Assembly: GCA_029881255.1 (NCBI GenBank)
Contig: JAOUMY010000005.1
Span: 259,531-323,530, forward strand
Length of the DNA: 64,000 nt
Reading direction: 5' to 3'
DNA from: Gammaproteobacteria bacterium
GTDB taxonomy: Bacteria > Pseudomonadota > Gammaproteobacteria > S012-40
Positions 48,047 to 57,204 of this stretch are shown here, in pieces (positions within the stretch are counted from its first letter, which is position 1; each line of letters opens with the position of its first letter). The translations under genes were made by a program, and so were the position numbers. The notes under the pieces are model-generated. The model did not search any database and was not told where the DNA came from. It saw nothing but the letters and a program-made list of their open reading frames with translations.

Positions 48047-48768
48047 GCCGCAAAGAAACAGTTTCAGATGAGAAATTAAACGCTTTGCTGGACAACGAAT
48101 TGGATAACGATGACAGAGCACATGTTTTGTCCATTATGCAACAGGATCAAGAGGTGGCTTCTCGCTATTGTGCCTTGCGTCGAACCAAAGACTCGATAGC
48201 ACTGGCATACTCCAACCCACCCCTACCATCGCAACTGGCGCATTCCAGAGTAAAAACAACAGAGAGACTGCCTTTTAGAAATTTCGCCGCCTCCTTTGCT
48301 CTCATTATTTGCGGCGCGATCGCAGGATGGATTGGTGGGCAATTTAATACTCAAGTTGCTGACCCTGGATTTCTCAGCATTGATCAAATTCAAAACCACA
48401 ATCTACAAAGCAACCGGGTTCTAATCCATATCAGTGATATGAACCCCAGACAAATACTTTCCGCGCTGGATACCGCAAAAGGTATGCTGGCTTCCCAGGA
48501 CAAGAGCAGCAATTTGCAGTTAGAAATTGTTGCCAACTCCGACGGAATCGACTTTATGCGCGAAGGATCACCTTTTGCGCAGGAAATTAGACAAATGACG
48601 TCGGACTTTTCCAACGTGACCTTCCGTGCATGTAGCTCGGCAAGAAGCAATGCCGAACTGCGGGAAGGCCGGAGAATTGCGATGCTGCCGGACGTACATA
48701 TGGTACCGATGGCATTTGATTTTATCCTCACTCGACTGAGTGAGGGCTGGACCTATGTTCGTGGCTAA
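48043..48768 (+). CDS. Anti-sigma factor: N-terminal anti-sigma domain, one TM helix, and a periplasmic DsrE/YchN-like domain.
   Basis: Overlaps the sigma-factor stop (ATGA). LNALLDNELD anti-sigma motif. TM FAASFALIICGAIAGWIGG. The C-terminal domain aligns with the 46878-47333 protein: RVLIHISDMN versus KIVIQVSSDD, LEIVANSDGIDF versus VEVVAYGPGLGL, VTFRACSSA versus ITFSACGNT, and both end ...YVRG/YVRP. Confidence 0.6.
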   Translation: MSRKETVSDEKLNALLDNELDNDDRAHVLSIMQQDQEVASRYCALRRTKDSIALAYSNPPLPSQLAHSRVKTTERLPFRNFAASFALIICGAIAGWIGGQFNTQVADPGFLSIDQIQNHNLQSNRVLIHISDMNPRQILSALDTAKGMLASQDKSSNLQLEIVANSDGIDFMREGSPFAQEIRQMTSDFSNVTFRACSSARSNAELREGRRIAMLPDVHMVPMAFDFILTRLSEGWTYVRG

Positions 48769-48820
48769 ATAAGTGACAGTCACGCATTGCATGTGCTGAG
48801 TCACGGCGTAAAATACTGGC

Positions 48821-50410
48821 ATGGATGCCACTATAAAAACACCGCGCTTTATACTGGCGCTGCTAGAACCAGAAGCCTATTCTCATCCTGTTTGGGAATG
48901 CAAGCTGATACAGACTCACATCTCCTGGATTATCCTGACGGGTAGATATGCCTACAAGATAAAAAAGCCCGTCAATCTTGGTTTTCTCGATTTTTCCAGT
49001 CTCGAAAAACGTCGTTATTTCTGTGAAGAGGAATTACGTCTTAATCGACGACTTGCCCCTTCCTATTACCTATCTGTTGTCCCCATTACCGGCCGAGAAG
49101 ACCATCCAATCATGAATGGTGACGGGCCAACGCTAGAATATGCTGTACGCATGCGCCAGTTTCAGCACCGGAATCAGTTTGACGAGATGCTGTCGCGAGG
49201 AGAATTGCAGGAGTCTCACATTGATGCGCTGGCCACTATGATCGCAAGTTTTCACAAGAACATCCCATCCTGTTCCGTCGAAGAGCCTTATGGTGATACA
49301 AATCATATAACCCATATCGTTACAGAAACCATAAAGAGCTTTAGGCAGGCTCTCAGCGAACCAGAAATGCTACGACAGCTAGATCAAATAGACACCTGGT
49401 GCAAACATCAATTTCAAACGCTTGGCCCAAGCTTTGAAAAACGTAAGATTGCTGGATTCGTACGGGAATGCCATGGTGATATGCATTTACGCAATATCGC
49501 GTGGGACGATGGAACACCACTGGTGTTTGACTGTATTGAATTCAGTCCAGGCTTGCGTTGGAATGACGTTATTAGTGAAATCGCTTTTCTGATCATGGAC
49601 CTCGATGATAGACAGCAATCACAACTGTCGTCGCGATTCATGAATACCTATTTGGAATACACAGGAGACTATGCGGGCCTATCACTGTTACGCTTTTATC
49701 TCACCTATCGTGCACTGGTCAGAGGCATGGTAGCGGCGATTCGACTGATACAGACCGACAGCACACAACAGGAACACATAAAGGTCGATAGGGAAGCCCA
49801 TGAATATTTGGATCTCGCTACAGCGTATACAAAAACGCGAACTCCCATGCTCATACTTACACGTGGCCCATCAGGAACGGGAAAGACAACCTACTCGCAA
49901 AATTTACTACAACATCTAGGCGCCATCAGAATTCGCTCTGACGTGGAACGAAAACGCCTACACGGACAGGATGCACACAAAATTACGAGAACAACACCTG
50001 GCGAGGGAATATACGGCGCATCCTCGACTGACAAAACTTACGCACATTTATTGAAACTCACGCAGGAAATATTAGACGCCGGATACCATGTCATTGTCGA
50101 TGCAACATTTCAATCTCCCGTACATATACGTGCGTTTCAAAAAACAGCGATCGAGAACAATATCGGCTTCATTATTGTTGAGTTCTATGCTTCAACCCAT
50201 ACGTTGAGACAACGAGTTTCCAAACGAACAGGCGACGCCTCGGATGCTGATATCGCTGTTTTAGATCACCAGTTACAATCGTGGCAGACTCTTAGCGAAC
50301 AAGACTATCCGCTATTTTTTCGTGTTAACACAGAGAGTAGAGAAGAAGCAACACTCGCGTTAAACACGGTTATTCAAACTGTCAAATCTATACAAACAAA
50401 CGACACATAA
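48821..50410 (+). CDS. Bifunctional aminoglycoside-phosphotransferase-like kinase domain fused to a P-loop (AAA-type) ATP-binding domain.
   Basis: Kinase-like catalytic loop ECHGDMHLRNIAWDDG and DxD. C-terminal Walker A LTRGPSGTGKTT. Confidence 0.7.
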   Translation: MDATIKTPRFILALLEPEAYSHPVWECKLIQTHISWIILTGRYAYKIKKPVNLGFLDFSSLEKRRYFCEEELRLNRRLAPSYYLSVVPITGREDHPIMNGDGPTLEYAVRMRQFQHRNQFDEMLSRGELQESHIDALATMIASFHKNIPSCSVEEPYGDTNHITHIVTETIKSFRQALSEPEMLRQLDQIDTWCKHQFQTLGPSFEKRKIAGFVRECHGDMHLRNIAWDDGTPLVFDCIEFSPGLRWNDVISEIAFLIMDLDDRQQSQLSSRFMNTYLEYTGDYAGLSLLRFYLTYRALVRGMVAAIRLIQTDSTQQEHIKVDREAHEYLDLATAYTKTRTPMLILTRGPSGTGKTTYSQNLLQHLGAIRIRSDVERKRLHGQDAHKITRTTPGEGIYGASSTDKTYAHLLKLTQEILDAGYHVIVDATFQSPVHIRAFQKTAIENNIGFIIVEFYASTHTLRQRVSKRTGDASDADIAVLDHQLQSWQTLSEQDYPLFFRVNTESREEATLALNTVIQTVKSIQTNDT

Positions 50411-50416
50411 AGGCAG

Positions 50417-51811
50417 CTACGGCCAGATTCCTCGCATTAATGTCGCTTTAGCGACACGCTCGATAGCAATAATCAAGGAAACTGTTCGAAAATCGGGTAG
50501 TTCATGCGGTATTGGTGAGTTCGGATCGGCCATACCGTTTTCACCAACCACATAACTTTGCCAACGACTAAACACATGATCCACTGTGTCATGAATTCTG
50601 CGTTGCAATTTGTCGATGACTTCCTCCAACGGCCAATGCTCATGCGCGTGATTCTGTACCCATTCGTAAAAGCTCACGGTTACACCACCGGCATTCGCGA
50701 GTATATCTGGCAATACAAAAATTCCTCTCGCCGCCAGCAATGCATCGGCCTGCGGTGTGGTGGGATTGTTTGCGGCTTCAACGACAAGCTTCGCCTTAAC
50801 GCAGTGCGCGTTATCCGCACGAATTTGGTTACCCATGGCTGCAGGAATCAGAATATCGCAATCCGTCTCGAGTATTTCTTCGTTGGTTATGGTTAGGGTT
50901 TCTGCCATACCAACAACGGTACCGTTTTGTTTTTTGAATGCTTCGACTGCCGAAGGATCCAAACCGTCCGCACAGTAGATGCCTCCGCGGCTATCGCTAA
51001 CGGCAACAATTTTTGCACCTTTGCGAAAAAAGGCATCCGCGGCAATCGCACCCACAGCGCCGAATCCTTGTATTGCGACACGACAACCTGCAACTTCCTG
51101 CTTCTCCGGTATCAGCGCCTTTGATAAAAAACGCTCCGTCGCAAACAACACGCCTAAACCGGTCGCTTCGCGACGGCCATATGATCCGCCCATTTCTATT
51201 GGCTTTCCCGTGACTACTGGCCTATTGTTGTGCCCAGGGTGCAACATGTCATAAGTATCGAATATCCAGGCCATAGTTTGCTCATCGGAATAGAGGTCCG
51301 GCGCCGGAATATCAATATGCGGACCAATTACGTCAGAGACCTCTGCAGTAAATCGCCGCGTGATACGCCGCAGTTCTCCGTCACTCAATTCCTTAGGATT
51401 ACAGACTACCCCGCCTTTTGCGCCTCCAAATGGAATATTCACTAATGCACATTTCCATGTCATAAGCTTTGCTAAAGCTACTACTTCGTCCTGAGTCACT
51501 TCAGGATGATATCGAATACCGCCTTTGCCCGGTCCAAACACGCGATTATGAACTACTCGATATGCCTGGAATGATTTCACCGAACCATCATCCAGCTCTA
51601 CTGGAAAATTTACGTGATAAATACGCTTTGGTTGTTTGAGAAAATCGATGAGACCTTGTTTTAGCCCGTGGATATATTGTTTTGCTCGATTAAATTGCTG
51701 CTCGCTTATGTAAACAGGATCAAGGTTTTCTTTTGCACTTTGGGATTGCTCGTTTGAAGATTGCTCTTGCATTTGGTCATCCATAATATTTTGCGTGACT
51801 TGCTTACACAC
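50417..51811 (-). CDS. Glutamate dehydrogenase (Glu/Leu/Phe/Val dehydrogenase family). The start is probably the internal ATG near 51784.
   Basis: Catalytic Lys region NIPFGGAKGGV. NAD(P) Rossmann motif GFGAVG. Confidence 0.85.
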   Translation of the reverse strand: MCKQVTQNIMDDQMQEQSSNEQSQSAKENLDPVYISEQQFNRAKQYIHGLKQGLIDFLKQPKRIYHVNFPVELDDGSVKSFQAYRVVHNRVFGPGKGGIRYHPEVTQDEVVALAKLMTWKCALVNIPFGGAKGGVVCNPKELSDGELRRITRRFTAEVSDVIGPHIDIPAPDLYSDEQTMAWIFDTYDMLHPGHNNRPVVTGKPIEMGGSYGRREATGLGVLFATERFLSKALIPEKQEVAGCRVAIQGFGAVGAIAADAFFRKGAKIVAVSDSRGGIYCADGLDPSAVEAFKKQNGTVVGMAETLTITNEEILETDCDILIPAAMGNQIRADNAHCVKAKLVVEAANNPTTPQADALLAARGIFVLPDILANAGGVTVSFYEWVQNHAHEHWPLEEVIDKLQRRIHDTVDHVFSRWQSYVVGENGMADPNSPIPHELPDFRTVSLIIAIERVAKATLMRGIWP

Positions 51812-52014
51812 TTTTAATACTCACGAGGAGTGAAAGCAAGCACAAATGAATTACGAAACTTTAATCGTCCGAAATAGTGAAAGGGTAACTCATCACAAAA
51901 GCTTCAAATATTTGACTCAAAAGAACGCGAAACATCTGTATTTACATACAAGTCTGAAAGCATTCTTCGTGCGAATAATGCTCTTTTGTTGTGAACGATT
52001 TGCTGCAGCGAGAC

Positions 52015-52983
52015 CTACGCCAATTGGCATACAGCTTCCTTACGCCGCTCCATCAATTGAGTGACTATCGGTTCACAAATCGTACGTATCGCCTGAGACA
52101 TGTGGGTATTGGGTATTAACAAGGTATTTGGGCGAGTAAATTTAGCACCAGGGAATTTCTCTTTATAGGCAATCAGATTATATTTTTTTGGCTCTCGAAA
52201 ACGCACCACCACCATACACTCGTCTTCCAGAGGAACATCGGTCAACACAAATGGATTGGAGGTATCCACCATGGGAATACGTTGAAAATTGATATCCGTC
52301 CAGGAAAACTGAGGCGTAATAAACTTTACGTAATCCGGCATGCGTCGCAGAATGAGATTAACAGCGTCCTGTGCGGAACAAAAAGTCAACTGACAGGCTC
52401 TATTGATTTTTTGCATCCACTCAAGGTTGATGCTCGGCACTATCCCTATCAGCAAATCGACCCACTGTGCGATATCGACACCTGGGTCTTCGATCGTTTG
52501 GGATTGCTGACGTTTTTGTATCACCAGCGGGTTATTTGACTGGCTCAATTCGCGTTTTGACCACAGAGATTCAATATAACCGCCATGATGCCCTTCGTAA
52601 AAAAGCACATCGGTATCCACAGGAATTTCTTCCCAAGCAGAAAACAACCCTTTTTCAACACCTAATCGCTGCGCCTGCTCATCGGACTCAACATATTCAC
52701 GCACCGTTCCACTACCGCTCCGTGAAAATTCCTGAAACAAGCCTTCAAGGCGATTCAATAAATTGATTTCGGGGCCAAAAGCACTCAATGGCGTTCCAGA
52801 CTTTTCTGCATCTCGAAACATGCGTACCAAGTCTTTACCGGGATATTTACGAAAACTATTGCCGTGGACAAAGCAGGCGTTTACATTTCCCCGCTGAAAA
52901 ATCTGACGAAAGTCGTTAGCCGCCGATGATATACCCGATCCCGCCGAGCCCGTAACTGCGATGACAGGGTATTGACTGGACAT
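52015..52983 (-). CDS. cbbP: Phosphoribulokinase.
   Basis: N-terminus YPVIAVTGSAGSGISSAANDFRQIF (P-loop) and overall length are typical of bacterial PRK. Confidence 0.8.
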   Translation of the reverse strand: MSSQYPVIAVTGSAGSGISSAANDFRQIFQRGNVNACFVHGNSFRKYPGKDLVRMFRDAEKSGTPLSAFGPEINLLNRLEGLFQEFSRSGSGTVREYVESDEQAQRLGVEKGLFSAWEEIPVDTDVLFYEGHHGGYIESLWSKRELSQSNNPLVIQKRQQSQTIEDPGVDIAQWVDLLIGIVPSINLEWMQKINRACQLTFCSAQDAVNLILRRMPDYVKFITPQFSWTDINFQRIPMVDTSNPFVLTDVPLEDECMVVVRFREPKKYNLIAYKEKFPGAKFTRPNTLLIPNTHMSQAIRTICEPIVTQLMERRKEAVCQLA

Positions 52984-53753
52984 AACTCACTCCCTTTGAA
53001 TTTCCCAAAAATACTACGATAAGCTGCATGATTATGCAATCAAGCCAATACTGACTAACGCGTATAACGTTTGCACGCTACAATCTGAATAAATATGACT
53101 ATTTTTGCATTTATCGCGTATTGGCTACTCGTACTGGTCGTGGGCTATCTCGCCTACTGCCTGACACACAGGGTAAGGTCTCAGACTATGTCGCGACTCT
53201 ATGCGTCGGTGCCAGCTATTCCATGCTGTGTCTGACTTCCCGTATTGCATTGACCATGGGTACGGTCATTATCATGTCAAATATTGTGATTGACGGATTC
53301 CTCGCAGTTTCGTAGACCGATCTTATTCAGGGTTTGCTTATGGCAGCAATACTGGTGAAAGTGTCGCTTATGTTGTTCTTTGAAGTGGTGGCCTATTTGA
53401 TGTCTAGGAAATTGTACCCGGTTTTATTTTTTCTCTAGCCAGCATCCTAGTCGTAAGCAGGTACAGCGCCCCTCTACCGCCACATATCATCAAAGATTTC
53501 GACGATGCTACAAAATAGGCATATTTGCTCTTCAGCCAACATTAAACTCCCCAGGGAATAATCAGTCTGCGTTCAGAAAACTATATTAATTTACGACCTA
53601 ACTATCAGATTTTAGGGGAATTGATCGAGGGCACAGCACCAGACAAATACTCTAAAATAATATAACCTATCGTTTCAGTTAGATTTTTTTACAAATAAAA
53701 TTGCTAACAATAAGAAAGAGCAGGACGCTCCAATGCTGGAGGGGAGTACGGAA

Positions 53754-55574
53754 ATGAAGTTGTACAGTGTAAAGGCAGTCTTATGTCTGTTTGTTTTTCT
53801 ATTTATCAGTTCTTGTGAAGCACCCCCAACATACAAACGCCCCGGCATTAAGGGATCAAACCTCCATATTCGCGAGGCCACTCTCGTCCCATTTGATCCA
53901 GCACTCTATGAGCTTGCAGACCTGCATTGGGGTGGTCGCCTATATGATCATTGGTGGACAAATCAAGATGGCACAATGTTGCCGGTACCTGCTGAAACCG
54001 CAACTACTCACGAGCTATGGCCGGTGGAAAATACCAACGAGGCCGGAGTAGTTACCTGGGAATGTAGCTCCTGTCATGGCTGGGACTACCAGGGAGTTGA
54101 CGGTATCAATGGCAAACCTGCCAGCCCATTTCATACCGGTATCAAAGGCATCATACCTATAAGCGGTGGTAGCCAACCCGTGCTACAGACACCGGAAGAA
54201 GTATATAACTTTCTACACGACGGCATGGTCGATACGCTGTCTCATTCATTTGGTCACGTGATTCTCGATGACATGGCGATATATGCCCTGACCAAATTTG
54301 TTATCACTATGCACGAAGACGCATTAGCGCAGCGCGCTCCAAGTAACTACATTAATCAGGAAACCGGACTTACGGCTGGTGTGGAAGCGGACGGAGCGAC
54401 AATGTTCGGCCTCGATATCACCGAAGGTGGTTGTCAGGCCTGTCATGGCGCAGATGGAAAGATGATCGATTTCATTGATGGTGACCCAGCGACTCAACCT
54501 AACGAATTTGTTGATACTCTGGCGCGCGAAAACCCTTGGGAAACACTGCATATCATCCGCTTTGGTCAACCCGGAAGCGAACCTGTATTCATGAAAGGCC
54601 TGGGCGAATATCCCGCACATGCAACAAAGGATGTGCTGCACGAGGCGGTCAATATTGTCGCCTACGCACAGAACGGCCTGATCGCCAGTGCGACTGGTTT
54701 CGACTTCAGAACCTTCCAGGCTGGCGCAGATCACGCTACCGCGAATCAACCCGCACTCGATTTCGCACGCGGCGGTATCCTCTACGACGAATGGTGGACG
54801 GCACATGACGAAACCGCACCGCTTGTTGTTCCACCGGAGATTGTCGGTGTCGATCATGCATTGTGGACACCTGCTGCGACTAACCTAACACCAGCAGCTG
54901 GAGAAATTACCTGGCGCTGTAAAGCCTGTCATGGCTGGGACTATGTGGGCGCAGACGGAATCAATGGTGTCAGTGGCAGCAGTTACGAAACCGGCATTAA
55001 GGGCATCGTAACGTCTCACAACACTATGCCAACCCATATGGAACCTGTAGCAATCTACGATTTCATCCATTCAGGAACGGTGCATGCTGAAGGAGATCAC
55101 GCCTTCGCAGCACACGTATCACCTGAGGACTTGTATGCGCTAACACGTTTAGTCGTCGATTTGCAGCAAGAAGCAATGCACGGCATGGCGCCTGATGACT
55201 TTATCGATCTCGCCACCGGAACCGTAACAGGTGGCAACGTCGAACATGGTCAGACGGTATTTCATGCAGCCGCAGATGCCGGAGGCTGTGGCGATGCCGC
55301 ATGTCACGGCCCAGATGGTACGGCGATTGATTTAGCACCTGCGGGCGAACCACCTATCTTTCTGCATAATTTTGTTCTTGCAGATCCGCAGGAAGCTTTG
55401 CATAAAATCCGATTCGGAAATCCAGGAAGTGCAATGCCCGGGCATGCCGATCATCATGATCTCCTGAATTTAATGGACTCAATTAGCGTTCTTGAGTTTA
55501 TCGAAGGCGGCATACTGCCACCCCCAACGGCTGCGCCGGCAGCAGGCTTTATAAGCAATTACTATCGGCGCTAG
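53754..55574 (+). CDS. Tetraheme class-I-type c cytochrome lipoprotein, built as a tandem duplication of a diheme module. The fourth heme site is CX4CH.
   Basis: Lipobox FISSCEAP. Heme motifs CSSCH, CQACH, CKACH and CGDAACH. Repeated blocks W.C..CHGWDY.G.DGING...GIKGI and GGC..CHG.DG..ID...IRFG.PGS. Confidence 0.75.
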   Translation: MKLYSVKAVLCLFVFLFISSCEAPPTYKRPGIKGSNLHIREATLVPFDPALYELADLHWGGRLYDHWWTNQDGTMLPVPAETATTHELWPVENTNEAGVVTWECSSCHGWDYQGVDGINGKPASPFHTGIKGIIPISGGSQPVLQTPEEVYNFLHDGMVDTLSHSFGHVILDDMAIYALTKFVITMHEDALAQRAPSNYINQETGLTAGVEADGATMFGLDITEGGCQACHGADGKMIDFIDGDPATQPNEFVDTLARENPWETLHIIRFGQPGSEPVFMKGLGEYPAHATKDVLHEAVNIVAYAQNGLIASATGFDFRTFQAGADHATANQPALDFARGGILYDEWWTAHDETAPLVVPPEIVGVDHALWTPAATNLTPAAGEITWRCKACHGWDYVGADGINGVSGSSYETGIKGIVTSHNTMPTHMEPVAIYDFIHSGTVHAEGDHAFAAHVSPEDLYALTRLVVDLQQEAMHGMAPDDFIDLATGTVTGGNVEHGQTVFHAAADAGGCGDAACHGPDGTAIDLAPAGEPPIFLHNFVLADPQEALHKIRFGNPGSAMPGHADHHDLLNLMDSISVLEFIEGGILPPPTAAPAAGFISNYYRR

Positions 55575-55590
55575 CCTAAACAGCGAGTCT

Positions 55591-55622
55591 ACCTGCCCTA
55601 CCCCTGGGGCAGGTGGATTTCG
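55591..55622 (+). terminator. Possible terminator after the tetraheme cytochrome gene; the T-tract is weak.
   Basis: ACCTGCCC-tacccctg-GGGCAGGT then GGATTTCG. Confidence 0.35.
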
Positions 55623-55699
55623 CCCAACGCAGGCAAACTAGCTGAGTTTTTTTCGCCGACGTGCTAAGGTCGTTCTTCCTGAATATCTGTGCCGAGGCT

Positions 55700-56533
55700 A
55701 TGACCAATAAAACCCGCGCCCTGCCCTGGCTTTCCTTTTTCCTGCTTACAATTGCTGTACTTGTCTTTCTTGCGAATTATTTTTCGGTTTCGCAGGAAAT
55801 TCACATCAATGATATGCAAGCACAGCAGATTGGAAAGCAAATATGGCAAAACGAAAGTGGTGGGAAGTTGGAGAACCTGATTTCCTGGAATGAAGGAGAA
55901 GATTTTCCATCTCTAGGTATTGGGCATTTCATCTGGTATCCGCAAGGTGTTGAACACACTTTCGAGGAAAGTTTTCCGAAACTGCTGCGGTTTCTCAGTC
56001 AAACGCGTAACTTGCCATCGGAATTGAATCCTGATAGCGCAGCACCGTGGAATTCGCGCGAAGAGTTTCTGGCAAATAGGAACAGTGAATTTACGCAAAG
56101 GCTACGTTCCTTCTTACAGGACAGCTTCGCCGAGCAAACTCAGTTTGTCATTATGCGATTGCAAGAAGCGCTACCGCGTATCCTGAGAAACACAAAGAAC
56201 CCGTTTGCGAAAATGCATATCCGCGAAAACTTCTACGCTTTAGCCGCCTATCCTAATGGCGTTTATACACTGGTTGACTACGTTAATTTCAAAGGTGAGG
56301 GCATTTCAGAAAAGGAACGTTACAACGGCCTCGGCTGGGGTTTAGCACAGGTTCTTGACCACATGAATAGCAGTCGGGAAAGCAAAACACACGCGTTTGT
56401 CGAAGCGGCAGATTTCATATTGACGCGCCGAGTGGAGAATGCGCCCCGTGACGAAAGACGCTGGCTACCCGGCTGGCGCAAACGACTGCAGACCTACCTA
56501 TCCGTCGAACAACACCAATCGTACACGCCCTGA
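55700..56533 (+). CDS. Membrane-anchored hypothetical protein (N-terminal TM, about 250-aa periplasmic domain).
   Basis: TM LPWLSFFLLTIAVLVFLANYF. No recognisable family. Confidence 0.4.
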   Translation: MTNKTRALPWLSFFLLTIAVLVFLANYFSVSQEIHINDMQAQQIGKQIWQNESGGKLENLISWNEGEDFPSLGIGHFIWYPQGVEHTFEESFPKLLRFLSQTRNLPSELNPDSAAPWNSREEFLANRNSEFTQRLRSFLQDSFAEQTQFVIMRLQEALPRILRNTKNPFAKMHIRENFYALAAYPNGVYTLVDYVNFKGEGISEKERYNGLGWGLAQVLDHMNSSRESKTHAFVEAADFILTRRVENAPRDERRWLPGWRKRLQTYLSVEQHQSYTP

Positions 56534-56578
56534 TTTCAACTGCGGCCTTCTATTCATAGAAAATAATAGTGTGATTTT

Positions 56579-57166
56579 TCAATCAAAGTCCGCAACTAAA
56601 GCATTGCGATAATTTTCGGGAAGTGGCTTCACTACCGTTGAATAGGCATTGTGATCAACACCTATCGCGATCGCTGCACCGGTTCGGGCCTTTTCGATCA
56701 TACCTGGGGTAAACTCGAATCGTAGAAAATGTACCGAGGAAGTTTTTTCATCAGTCTCGCGATCCAAATCTTCGTTTGCGATTGGATATACTTTGTCGCA
56801 ATCATCAATTTGCACCCAAACTTGGCGCTCTATACCGATGAGCTGCCCCAACATCTTTTTACGTTCATCCACGTCAGGGTATTCGATCATAAACGTGGCC
56901 TTCCAGTTAGATCCATCGGGAATGAGTGGATTGTAGGCTTCCAGTTCTTCTTTTATACCATCGGCTTCAAAGATCTTTTCGATGCGTAGCATTTCCTGCA
57001 CCTGATACTGAACCGTCAGACGGTCTTCAAAATACAAGGTCGCATTCTGCCCCAAGTGAACCGTTCGGTTCTTTTTATGTTCGATGACTTTGGCGCGAAA
57101 CTCCTTTCGAGCTTCCGCATAGGATTCCAGAGACATTAAATCACTACGTGTAAGTTTGTCAGACAT
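56579..57166 (-). CDS. DUF3501-family protein.
   Basis: Sequence and gene context: follows a CCG-domain Fe-S protein and a rubrerythrin, a recurrent triad. Confidence 0.6.
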   Translation of the reverse strand: MSDKLTRSDLMSLESYAEARKEFRAKVIEHKKNRTVHLGQNATLYFEDRLTVQYQVQEMLRIEKIFEADGIKEELEAYNPLIPDGSNWKATFMIEYPDVDERKKMLGQLIGIERQVWVQIDDCDKVYPIANEDLDRETDEKTSSVHFLRFEFTPGMIEKARTGAAIAIGVDHNAYSTVVKPLPENYRNALVADFD

Positions 57167-57204
57167 GCTACCTCTACTATCTGTCCATCACTGATACAGT
57201 AAAA

